Sequence record: SRR20825010_708
Direction: 5' to 3' (one strand)
DNA: 63,826 nucleotides
This document shows positions 46,699 through 55,552 of the stretch, piece after piece. The position numbers were made by a program, and so were the translations under genes. Under the pieces are notes generated by a model that was not told the DNA's origin, did not search any database, and worked only from the letters and a program-made list of their open reading frames with translations. Position 1 is the first letter of the stretch; each line of letters opens with the position of its first letter.

Positions 46699-47805
46699 TT
46701 AGCGCCGAATAAACCTTTCATACAACCCGCGGTACGCCTCCAACATACTTCCAAGGCTGAATCGCTCGAGCGCGTTTTGTCGGGCTTTTTCGATAACCTT
46801 GCTACGCAACGTCGGGTCTTTCAGGCGCTCGACCGCACCAACGATGGCGTCCGGGTCTTTGATGGGTATCAGGAGCCCGGTTTCGCCATCGGAGAGTATT
46901 TCCTCCGGACCGCCACTTCGTGTCGCGATAATGGGCACTCCAGCCATCATAGCTTCAACGGTGGATATTGAGAATCCCTCGGAGACCGAGGGCAACAGAA
47001 AAATATCTGCCTGCCGTAAAATGCCTGCTACATCCGACCTGAAGCCGAGCCAGTGGATTCTGGGAGGCTCTTCAGCCCGGGCGATTTGAGCCTCGAGCTG
47101 TTTAAACAGGGACTCTCTCTGGTGCCCCACAACGACAAAGTGAACACTGGGGTCCAGTTTGGCCATTTTGATGGCCGCATCCACCAGATGTTCGTAACCT
47201 TTGGCGGGCCGAATATTACCGATAGAGGCCACAACAGTGGCTTCCGGCGGCAACCCCAGCTCCCCTCTCAGGCCCGATGCAGGCGCTTCGCAAAACATAT
47301 CCGGGTCAACACCGTTGTAAATCAGGTTGATCTTCCGCGCCGGTAAGGAACTGCGGGCCGCCAGTTCTTCCTGCAACCGCTTGGAGACACAGACAATTGC
47401 AGACGCCCCACACCCGATGATGGAAAACTTGGCTTTCAGAAATCTCTCTCCAGCGGCCACATCGACGGCTCCATGAAAAGTCGCGATCATGGGCTTGCGG
47501 CAGATAAGTGCCAGTAAGGCGCCATATACGTTTGAACCCAGCAGGTGAGCGTGAATCAGGTCCACGCTCTCTTGGATCACCAGTTGCCTCAATACTTTGA
47601 TATATCCGAGGTTAAAACTGCCCTTGGAGTCTATGAACTTAGGGGTAATACCAACGCTGCGGACCTGGTCTGCTACCCAACCTTCACCCCGCAGCACCAC
47701 CACATTACGGAACTCTGTGTGCTGTAGTTCTTTGAGAAGATTAATGAAAACGGTTTCGGCGCCGCCAGGGCCCGTTGTATCAATAAGATGCAGAATGGTC
47801 TTCAT
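46699..47805 (-). CDS. Glycosyltransferase family 4
   Basis: GPGGAE, IYNGVD, GNIRPAKG, SEGFSISTVEAM. Confidence 0.92.
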   Translation of the reverse strand: MKTILHLIDTTGPGGAETVFINLLKELQHTEFRNVVVLRGEGWVADQVRSVGITPKFIDSKGSFNLGYIKVLRQLVIQESVDLIHAHLLGSNVYGALLALICRKPMIATFHGAVDVAAGERFLKAKFSIIGCGASAIVCVSKRLQEELAARSSLPARKINLIYNGVDPDMFCEAPASGLRGELGLPPEATVVASIGNIRPAKGYEHLVDAAIKMAKLDPSVHFVVVGHQRESLFKQLEAQIARAEEPPRIHWLGFRSDVAGILRQADIFLLPSVSEGFSISTVEAMMAGVPIIATRSGGPEEILSDGETGLLIPIKDPDAIVGAVERLKDPTLRSKVIEKARQNALERFSLGSMLEAYRGLYERFIRR

Positions 47806-47823
47806 ACAGTCCCTGCCATGGCC

Positions 47824-48801
47824 TTACAATCCTCTCATCCAATAGAGGGCCCGGAACAACGCGCTTTTCACAAGCATTACGGATACAAACTGATAGGTAT
47901 CTGTTGCCAGTCGCGCTTTATAGTCCTCTTTCTTGCCTTTTCCCGCTAGCAGATCAAACCGGTGAGTATCTGATTGCTTGAACGCGTCCTCGATGGCATA
48001 TCCGAGATGGAGAGTGCCAAGAGATAGCTTTTTATGGAAGTTCTCCTCAAATCCTGCCTGTATGTTGTATACCACTCCCCTGTACCAGACATTATATAGA
48101 ACGGACACCACTGTATTGTCACACAACAATGCCGATAAAAAAGGGCGACCGCCCTCATCTTCTATCCGGGAGAGGAAAGCCCGGTGGAAAGCCAGACTTT
48201 TATCAGTCACACAATCTTTTTTCCACCTGGCTTGATGAAAGCGGTTTAACGCCTGGAAAAAGCCTTCCGGACTGGTTGGCCACAGGTTTTCTTGCCGCAC
48301 CTCCCCTAGCGACTCAAATGTGGTCCGCCGGTTATAGAGTCTCAGACGACTGTTGGCACCCAGGGCTCCGAGGTAATCTTCGAAGTCGCCGGAAGTCTTG
48401 ACGGCGTATCCGTCATCAGCCGCAATGATACGAAAAGCCCAACGTTGGGTGGCAGCAAGAGTGACCAGAGCAGATAGCTCTTCGGAGCCAGTGCGCAAGT
48501 CACTGAAAACCGCTTCGCTCCAGTGGCTGTTTTCCAGTTGGTGCTCCAAACCACGGATCAGTGGTTGGCCACCCATGTCTGTAAAAAAGCGGTTATGTTC
48601 CGTTCTTGGGGTTCTCAGCTCACGGGAGCTAGTGCCTACGAACTGGAGCGATCGTATAGGCAGTACCCCTTTCAGCCTGTACCTGGACTCATACAGCCCG
48701 GACACTTCTCCGTCCCAGGGCCGGACAAGGCGGAAGCTTTTCTGGTGCCCCCAGGTGTCCCACCAGGCGCTTTGCCACGCCTTTGTCTGGAACAGGCTCA
48801 T
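47824..48801 (-). CDS. GNAT family acyltransferase, CelD/BcsL-like
   Basis: FQTKAWQSAWW, QAGF...SLGTLHL, FDLLAG...YK. Start at ATG 48801 overlapping the upstream TAA. Confidence 0.82.
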   Translation of the reverse strand: MSLFQTKAWQSAWWDTWGHQKSFRLVRPWDGEVSGLYESRYRLKGVLPIRSLQFVGTSSRELRTPRTEHNRFFTDMGGQPLIRGLEHQLENSHWSEAVFSDLRTGSEELSALVTLAATQRWAFRIIAADDGYAVKTSGDFEDYLGALGANSRLRLYNRRTTFESLGEVRQENLWPTSPEGFFQALNRFHQARWKKDCVTDKSLAFHRAFLSRIEDEGGRPFLSALLCDNTVVSVLYNVWYRGVVYNIQAGFEENFHKKLSLGTLHLGYAIEDAFKQSDTHRFDLLAGKGKKEDYKARLATDTYQFVSVMLVKSALFRALYWMRGL

Positions 48802-50114
48802 TACGGCAGGGCCTTGACGATATGAGGGCCAAGCAGCGTGGTCACCCAAACCGGAAGTCGCTGCCATACGGCGATCAACAGCCTGAACTTCGGGTTGTTC
48901 GGGTTGAGTGCGGGTAGCGCCTCTCCCTCCGGCAGCAAGTAGTCCCAATGCAATGTCAGAGGCTGGGCACCCCACTGTTGCTTGAAACGATAGGTGCCGG
49001 CATCGTGACTGCAACGGCCGAAGTCAAAAACCTCGAAACCCTGCTGTACCGCGAACTCCAGGGCTTTCCAGTACATGATCATATTGATGCTGGTGTGGTT
49101 GTACTTGCGCAGTGTAGACGCCCAGGGAATCTCCATGCGGCCCTTGTAACCGGTCAAAAAAGCGCAGCCAACCGCTTGCCCGTCAATACGGGCAACTACC
49201 AGCCACGCCTGCCCGCCTAGAGTGTCCAGCAAGTTTCGGAAAAACTCTTTACCGTAGACGGGCGTTCCGAGGTCACGCATGTTGATGGCAAAAACCCGAT
49301 AGAACTCGTCCAGCAAGTCGGCGCCACCGATAGCGAACCCGTTCATTTCCCGCTCGCCCCGGCGGATTTGCGCACGCAGTTTGGGCTGGAAGCTGTCCCA
49401 CAGGTCTTTGGCCTTACTCGGCAGTGGTAACCAGAAGGTGACTTTGTCCGTGCGTTGCGGTAAGCCAAGTTTATTATCCTGGCAAAACCGCATTTCCAGG
49501 TGACCTGCTCCCAACTGCTGTCGCCACTTTTCGCCCTCGCCGATGAGTTTTTGGGCAATGTCGGGATGGTCCGCCAAAACCCCGCCATAATTAAAATAGG
49601 GCATTGAAACCAGGAAATTACCAAAAAGCCGGCTATTGAGTTGTACCAGGGGAAGCACACCGACAATGCCCCCTACGTCATCGTAGGCGCAGAGATATCG
49701 AGTGTTGTGGCCGTAGGTTTTACTGATGAACGATGAAATACAAGGCCTATGCCAAACTGACGCTGCAGGATGACGGGCTACGTAGGCTTCTGCGTGATGG
49801 ATGTCGGAATCTGCACAGGGCTCTACGGCGATGGCTTGTGCCATCGTGGTATTTCCAACAGCAGGAGGAATAGTGATCGGCTTTGGGGTCCACTTATTCT
49901 GTGCCTGAGCCCCATTGAGTTGCTGCTTAACCTGCTTCTGGAGCTGTTTTATCTCGCTGGATACCTGTTGGAGCTCGGCAATCAGTTCATCCGCATTGGT
50001 TCCGCTTTTGCGGGCTTCGCCCACCAGGCGACTGAGACGGCCTTTGTCACTCTTCAACTCGTCCAGCCGCGCCTTTGAAGCCTCCAGACCGGGGATAGGT
50101 GTCTCCATTCCCAT
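48801..50114 (-). CDS. FemAB-family XrtA/PEP-CTERM-associated protein with N-terminal coiled-coil extension
   Basis: LVSMPYFNYGG, KLRAQIR, NMRDLGTP, FDFGR...GTYRFKQQWG, LNPNNPKF...WQRLP. Start placed at ATG 50114 (RBS AAGGA). Confidence 0.88.
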   Translation of the reverse strand: MGMETPIPGLEASKARLDELKSDKGRLSRLVGEARKSGTNADELIAELQQVSSEIKQLQKQVKQQLNGAQAQNKWTPKPITIPPAVGNTTMAQAIAVEPCADSDIHHAEAYVARHPAASVWHRPCISSFISKTYGHNTRYLCAYDDVGGIVGVLPLVQLNSRLFGNFLVSMPYFNYGGVLADHPDIAQKLIGEGEKWRQQLGAGHLEMRFCQDNKLGLPQRTDKVTFWLPLPSKAKDLWDSFQPKLRAQIRRGEREMNGFAIGGADLLDEFYRVFAINMRDLGTPVYGKEFFRNLLDTLGGQAWLVVARIDGQAVGCAFLTGYKGRMEIPWASTLRKYNHTSINMIMYWKALEFAVQQGFEVFDFGRCSHDAGTYRFKQQWGAQPLTLHWDYLLPEGEALPALNPNNPKFRLLIAVWQRLPVWVTTLLGPHIVKALP

Positions 50115-50147
50115 TACGCTATCCTTAAAGAATTCCCTAAACAACGA

Positions 50148-51008
50148 TCAGACAGCGACAGCCCTAGTGGGTATGTCCATACCGGACAGCACGTCCGATA
50201 CCGAGCCAAAACGGAAATCGCCGAGCAGCCGTTCAAGCCGATGCATGCACTTATCCAGGTTGTTGTAGTGTCGGAAGCGGGAAAATGCCTTGACGTTCAG
50301 CCTTGGTTGCCCGGTATCGATTTCCCAGGGGTGCAGGTAGAAAATAAACGGTTGCCCTGCCCGGTTAATCTTGCCCAGGCCCCAATGGCTGAGCCAGTAA
50401 GGGAACAATCGGAAGTAGCCCCCCCCTGCGATGGGCAACCGGTATCTACCAATCGGGCAGGTCGACAGCGGAAACTCCGTGAGGGTTTTGCCATTGGGCG
50501 CCTGCAATAGATAGGGCTCGTGAGGCGTGCCTGGCATGCCATAGCGATCATGGTGAACCGGGAATATCGATGAATCCCAGGTGAACCCCTCATCGCAAAG
50601 GATATCCAGAGCCCAACGGGACTGTGCCGTAATTGAATAGCTCGCAGCCCTGTAGCCGGTTATAGGCTCACCGGTAATGTCTTCGAGTATGCGCTTGGAC
50701 TTGCGGGTTTCTTCCTTGAAAACCTCCGGTGTCTGGGTGTAGACCAACTGGTGGCTGTATCCATGACTGGCGATCTCGTGCCCCGCTTGCTGGATCTTTT
50801 TCACCAGCCCGGGGGAGCGCTCGGCAACCCAGCCCAAGGTAAAGAAGGTCGCCTTCACATCACGCTCGGAAAACAGTTCCAGCAACCGTTCTGTGTTGGC
50901 TTCAACCCGGTATTCCATGGTTGGCCAGTCGTCACGATGGACGGCCTCGGCAAGTGCCGCTACCTGAAAATAATCTTCGACATCGATTGTCAGGGCGTTC
51001 TGTTTCAC
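50148..51008 (-). CDS. XrtA-system polysaccharide deacetylase
   Basis: NALTIDVEDYFQV, TFFTLGWVAE, ASHGYSH, GGGYFRL, FYLHPWEID. Confidence 0.92.
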   Translation of the reverse strand: MKQNALTIDVEDYFQVAALAEAVHRDDWPTMEYRVEANTERLLELFSERDVKATFFTLGWVAERSPGLVKKIQQAGHEIASHGYSHQLVYTQTPEVFKEETRKSKRILEDITGEPITGYRAASYSITAQSRWALDILCDEGFTWDSSIFPVHHDRYGMPGTPHEPYLLQAPNGKTLTEFPLSTCPIGRYRLPIAGGGYFRLFPYWLSHWGLGKINRAGQPFIFYLHPWEIDTGQPRLNVKAFSRFRHYNNLDKCMHRLERLLGDFRFGSVSDVLSGMDIPTRAVAV

Positions 51009-51053
51009 GTCCTTAGTACTCCGACTTTGATAGCGGTATTCAGATAAAAACCA

Positions 51054-52343
51054 TCATAAGAAACGATAGTCCAGCCCAACCAGCACCCAGTTTTCTTCAT
51101 ATTCGCTGGGGTTGAAATCACTGGACCTGGACGTGTGACCAATCCTGCCCGTGATGCCGAGGTCACGTGTTATCTCGTAGGTCAGCCCCACATCCAGACT
51201 CGCGGTCTCTTCATCAACATTGTCTTCCTCGAATGTTTCATACTGGTATCGAACATTGGACTGAAACGTTAACAGCGGAATGACAGGCCGGCGATAGCCT
51301 ATTACCAGCCCCAAGCGGTCTTCGGTTTCATTCGTTCGAATATAGTCAGCACGATTGGCAAATGCGTTGACGTTAAGCTGTGCCCCATCACTGAACTGCC
51401 TTCTGATTCCAGTATCAACAGCCGTGACTTCGATTTCACTGATCTCGCGCAGATCAAACACAAACTCCCCGAAGCGAATATCGAAATCCGAGGTTTGGTC
51501 CGTAAGTTCGCGGCTGGCGTCGAGATAGAAGGTGGTGACTGGATTGATATCCCGCTCCAGCGAGACATTCCCAACAACACCGTCACTCGATTGGGTAGTA
51601 CCACCAAAACGGCTCTCGATCTCACTGACACCAAGGCTTCCCGACAAACGGGTTGTTGCCCAGGTTTGAGAGAAATCCAAGGTAATTACATCTGTATCTA
51701 TCTCGGCGCCGGTATCGAACTCAGCCCGATTGGCGGTAACAGTGATACCACCAGATAACGACTGATTGAACAGATGATTCCAGGCCAGCGAACCAATATA
51801 CCGATCACTGTCAGTTTCATCCGTTTCACTAAACTCGGTTTGTTCATACTGCGCGGAGAAACGAAGCTGGTCGACTTTGCCAAGTGGCAAAACGTAAGTC
51901 GGTCCCGTGCGAAATATATTCTTGCTCGTTGTGTTATCTGGAGTTTCCGTGCCACGAGAGTCCTGTTCGACGTCCCTTAGGTTATCGGCCACCTCCCAGC
52001 TGAATCCCTGAAAAAGCTCACAGTTGCCCAAAAAATCGAGTGTTGTGTAGGTCTCCGGATCATAGGTCTTGTCATGCCAGATGCCGTAGCCGATGTCTGC
52101 GAACGTATCGGTTTGGCATTGGCCCGGGTCGCTTTGATGGGACAGTCTGAGGTTGACTCGGGTTTCCGTATCACTGATTTCGTTGTCGGCATCCCGGGTG
52201 GTGTTGTCGCTAAAACGGTTTGTCAGCCCCCCGGACAGGCTCACAGGCTCCGCTGTGGCCAACTGGCTAACCACCAAACAACCAACCAACATTGCAGGAG
52301 CAGATAATGGCGAGCGCTTCCATGGCCCGATTGAGTTAGCCAT
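51054..52343 (-). CDS. PEP-CTERM/EPS-associated outer-membrane beta-barrel protein
   Basis: Signal peptide, SDN motif, alternating beta-strand pattern, C-terminal YEEN...LDYRF. Confidence 0.78.
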   Translation of the reverse strand: MANSIGPWKRSPLSAPAMLVGCLVVSQLATAEPVSLSGGLTNRFSDNTTRDADNEISDTETRVNLRLSHQSDPGQCQTDTFADIGYGIWHDKTYDPETYTTLDFLGNCELFQGFSWEVADNLRDVEQDSRGTETPDNTTSKNIFRTGPTYVLPLGKVDQLRFSAQYEQTEFSETDETDSDRYIGSLAWNHLFNQSLSGGITVTANRAEFDTGAEIDTDVITLDFSQTWATTRLSGSLGVSEIESRFGGTTQSSDGVVGNVSLERDINPVTTFYLDASRELTDQTSDFDIRFGEFVFDLREISEIEVTAVDTGIRRQFSDGAQLNVNAFANRADYIRTNETEDRLGLVIGYRRPVIPLLTFQSNVRYQYETFEEDNVDEETASLDVGLTYEITRDLGITGRIGHTSRSSDFNPSEYEENWVLVGLDYRFL

Positions 52344-53265
52344 TAATCACCGCTCCGACAAACTTCTCTGCATTGAAGGCCCCGGCCGCCTGCTCTATAC
52401 CATCAGCGGTCATCCCAGCGTGCGGAATAACGAGCATTGCGTAGTCACAGAGTTCGGTCAGGATGCGCGCGTCTGGTGACTCGGTAATGGGAGCGGTATC
52501 CAATACGATAAAGCGATCGGGGTAACGACGGCGTACCGCCTGAAGGAACTGTTTCATACGGAATGAAGTGAAAAATTCACTGGGAGTTTCACGACGGCTT
52601 CCGGCAGGGATCAAGCGCAGCCGGGGAATCCCGGTGGGATACAGAATACGGCCAATGTCATAGTCGGGGTCGTCGAGAAAGTCCGTCAACCCCGAGTCTG
52701 GAACGATATCCAACGTTGAATGAAGAGCGGGTTCCCTCAAGTTGCAGTCGATAATTAGCGCTGTTTTTGCTTCGTCAAAGGCGAACGCTGCAGCCAGGTT
52801 GAGAGCGACAAACGACGAGCCAGACCCTGCCCTTGCGCCGCTGACCACAAGCGTAAAGTTATTGCCTCCGGATTTTTCCAGCAGCTTCGTTCGCAGGTTC
52901 CGGAAATGGTTGACCAGTTTCCTATTAGGGGACTCCGGATAGACAATTCGTCGCTCTTCCAAATCATCCGGCGTCAGACGACGTGGTTCCTGCATCCGAA
53001 CGATCTGTTTACTGATGACGTACTTGTCGACGCTGCCAGATCCGAGTTCCAACGAGCTGGGTACGAGCATTCTCGAGTCGTCCCATTCGGAGAAACGATC
53101 TTCCCCACGAGTGACAATTTCAGGGTTATTACCCGCAGAAGCAGATCCACTGCTATTCTCCGTCTCCCTGTTCATTTTTTCTGATTTCCATTTTTCGAAA
53201 TCAGAAAGAACGCTTCCCTCGGCAGGGGTATCTTTTCCCTGGTCTGCTCTGGAATCAGCCATCAA
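52336..53265 (-). CDS. CpsD/CapB-like polysaccharide co-polymerase kinase domain, degenerate
   Basis: FRNLRTKL, P-loop region SGARAGSGSS (no Lys), IIDCNLREP, IVLDTAP. Confidence 0.82.
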   Translation of the reverse strand: MMADSRADQGKDTPAEGSVLSDFEKWKSEKMNRETENSSGSASAGNNPEIVTRGEDRFSEWDDSRMLVPSSLELGSGSVDKYVISKQIVRMQEPRRLTPDDLEERRIVYPESPNRKLVNHFRNLRTKLLEKSGGNNFTLVVSGARAGSGSSFVALNLAAAFAFDEAKTALIIDCNLREPALHSTLDIVPDSGLTDFLDDPDYDIGRILYPTGIPRLRLIPAGSRRETPSEFFTSFRMKQFLQAVRRRYPDRFIVLDTAPITESPDARILTELCDYAMLVIPHAGMTADGIEQAAGAFNAEKFVGAVING

Positions 53266-54788
53266 ATCACTCCAAACACAGAAGCCAGCGCTACTGCGAC
53301 GTAGGCGGCGGCAACCAGTACCGCCATTACAACCACGGCCACGGTGACCTTTCGATCCCGCCGCTTTTCAAAAGGCGTCCGAATTTCCGGCAAATGCTCC
53401 AACACCCGGATGTCGAGAACGTCTTGCAGTTGGTCACGAGACCGAATTCGGGGGTCGACCTGAAGCAGCCCGGCAACGGCACCGAAAGGCGCCACAGCAC
53501 CTAGTAAAAGACCTGCCATGGCGAACATTGAGAACTTTGGCCCTGTAGGGCTCGTGGGATACTGCGCTGTCTCGGTAATCTTGTAACTAAGGCCCTGCCC
53601 TTCTATGTCCAGGTGCATCGAGACACGGGCTTTTTCTCGGCGTTGTAAGAGATCGTTATAGATTTCTTTGTTTACTTCCATGTCGCGGGTCAGTTCAGAA
53701 TACTGCGCTTTGTTTTCCTGGATGCGCTCCATACGGCGCTTCTGTTCGCCCACCAGGCGCTTAATAGAACTGATTCTTGTCTCAACCGTTTCTATATCTG
53801 TATTCGTGGTGACCAGTTTGGACCGGATCTCCTGATACACAGGATTGGGGATACTTTCATCGCCGCCTGCGCCGCTCGACACCTCTTGATCGTCGAGAGC
53901 TCTTGCTCTTTGCCTGCGCAGCTCTTCAAGCTGCTCACGCAAAATAACAATATCCGGATAAGTATCGTGGTAGCGCAGCCTTAGTGAATCCAACTGCTCC
54001 TCCATGGAATTGATACGCTCCTGATAGGCATCAACGGTGCGGCCTTGCCGAAGTGTCCTGCTGACGCCGTTGAGTTCACGCTCGAGCGACTGGGCTCGGG
54101 TTTCAAGCTCTTCTTTTTCCAGTTGGGCCAGTTCCAGGCGACTTTGCAGATTCGACAGACGGGCGTTCGCGTCCGATTCCGTGCCATCCACGTTCTCGGA
54201 TAGGAACTGTTTAAGGCGTTCTTCCACCTGGCCAATCTGTTGCTCGTAACTTTTAACCTGCTTGTCAATAAAATCGTAGGCGGAACGGCTTTCTTCTCGC
54301 TTGCGCCTGGCGTTTTCTTCAATAAATGCCTGGCCGAGCTTTTGTGCCACACGGAAGGTCTTCAGAGCGGAGGAGGACGAGTAGCCAATACTGAAATAAT
54401 TATCGCCCCGCTGCGCTATGGACATGCTGTATTTCAATCCGTTGATTCGCTCTTCTAGCTGTTCGGGGGGCAAGTTGGCGGCGTTGTCACCGAAAATTTC
54501 CGTGTCTGTGGCGATACCTTCCAGCACACTCCTGGTTCCCAGCAGCTCTCTGGCCGCAGACACTTTTTCGCTTACTTCGGTGGCAACAGCCCTGCCTTCC
54601 ATGAGCGGCTGGATGATATTTCTGTCGTCGACAAAAATAACAACTTCCGACTGATATTTATAAGGCCAGACGAAACCGGCAGCCAATACCGAGAAACTGA
54701 CGACTGCAAACAACAACAGTGCCAGCCATTTACGAGACCGTACTTCCCGTACGATCTCTTTCGGTAACTGGTTTAAAGGAAGTGCCAT
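53262..54788 (-). CDS. XrtA-system polysaccharide chain-length determinant (Wzz/GumC-like)
   Basis: N-terminal TM, IIQPLMEG, long coiled coil, YHDTYPDI, NPVYQ, second TM. Confidence 0.9.
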   Translation of the reverse strand: MALPLNQLPKEIVREVRSRKWLALLLFAVVSFSVLAAGFVWPYKYQSEVVIFVDDRNIIQPLMEGRAVATEVSEKVSAARELLGTRSVLEGIATDTEIFGDNAANLPPEQLEERINGLKYSMSIAQRGDNYFSIGYSSSSALKTFRVAQKLGQAFIEENARRKREESRSAYDFIDKQVKSYEQQIGQVEERLKQFLSENVDGTESDANARLSNLQSRLELAQLEKEELETRAQSLERELNGVSRTLRQGRTVDAYQERINSMEEQLDSLRLRYHDTYPDIVILREQLEELRRQRARALDDQEVSSGAGGDESIPNPVYQEIRSKLVTTNTDIETVETRISSIKRLVGEQKRRMERIQENKAQYSELTRDMEVNKEIYNDLLQRREKARVSMHLDIEGQGLSYKITETAQYPTSPTGPKFSMFAMAGLLLGAVAPFGAVAGLLQVDPRIRSRDQLQDVLDIRVLEHLPEIRTPFEKRRDRKVTVAVVVMAVLVAAAYVAVALASVFGVI

Positions 54789-54847
54789 AGCAATAGTCCG
54801 TTATTCAAAAAGCCCATCCGGGATCAACCATCTTACCCGGTGCCGGG

Positions 54848-55492
54848 TTATAAGCTTCTCTCAGGTATGGTCAGGATATCTCCCGGCCGTAGTTTGTAGT
54901 TTGTCGATATATCGCCGCGAGAGAGGATTTCGTCCAGCTTGACTGGAATAGCAACCACCTCGCCCTCAACGGCCCGGTAGAGTACGGAGTTATTCGGGGA
55001 CGCAAATGGTGTAACGCCGCCTGAGGTGAGAACCATATCAAGCACCGTCATGCCGGCGCGGTGAGGAACCGATGTCGGCTGCTGTACCGCACCCGTTACA
55101 CGTACTCGGTCTGAGTATTCATGGCTCCCCATGCTGGTGACAACGATACTGACCTGAGGTTCCCGGATATAGGCCGAGAGCTTGGTCTCTATGTCGTTTG
55201 CCAGGGCATCAGGTGTTCGGCCGGAGGCCTGCACGTCGCCCACAAGCGGTACTGAGATTTTTCCATCGGGCCGAATAGGCACGGAAATGCTCAGGTCCTC
55301 ATTGCGCCACACAGAGACACGCACCACGTCAGTGGCACCGAGGATATATTCATCAACGCTATTGACCGTGTCGACGGCCAAGGCACGTTGAATCTGTTCC
55401 GGTGATGAGGTTTTCGGGCCAGCGCAACCCGAAACAAGAATGACTGCGGTCAGGGATAAAACCAATCCCAGGAGCGAATACTTGGATGACAT
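54848..55492 (-). CDS. wza: Polysaccharide export lipoprotein (short Wza/OPX type)
   Basis: Lipobox VSGC, PES motif IRPDGKISVPLVGDV, SLBB domain, LRPGDILTIPE. Confidence 0.9.
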   Translation of the reverse strand: MSSKYSLLGLVLSLTAVILVSGCAGPKTSSPEQIQRALAVDTVNSVDEYILGATDVVRVSVWRNEDLSISVPIRPDGKISVPLVGDVQASGRTPDALANDIETKLSAYIREPQVSIVVTSMGSHEYSDRVRVTGAVQQPTSVPHRAGMTVLDMVLTSGGVTPFASPNNSVLYRAVEGEVVAIPVKLDEILSRGDISTNYKLRPGDILTIPERSL

Positions 55493-55552
55493 TGTTCGTC
55501 CTCTCTACAATTCCTTGCCTGTTTCCATGTCTCGGAAATGTGGGTCCCGAAA

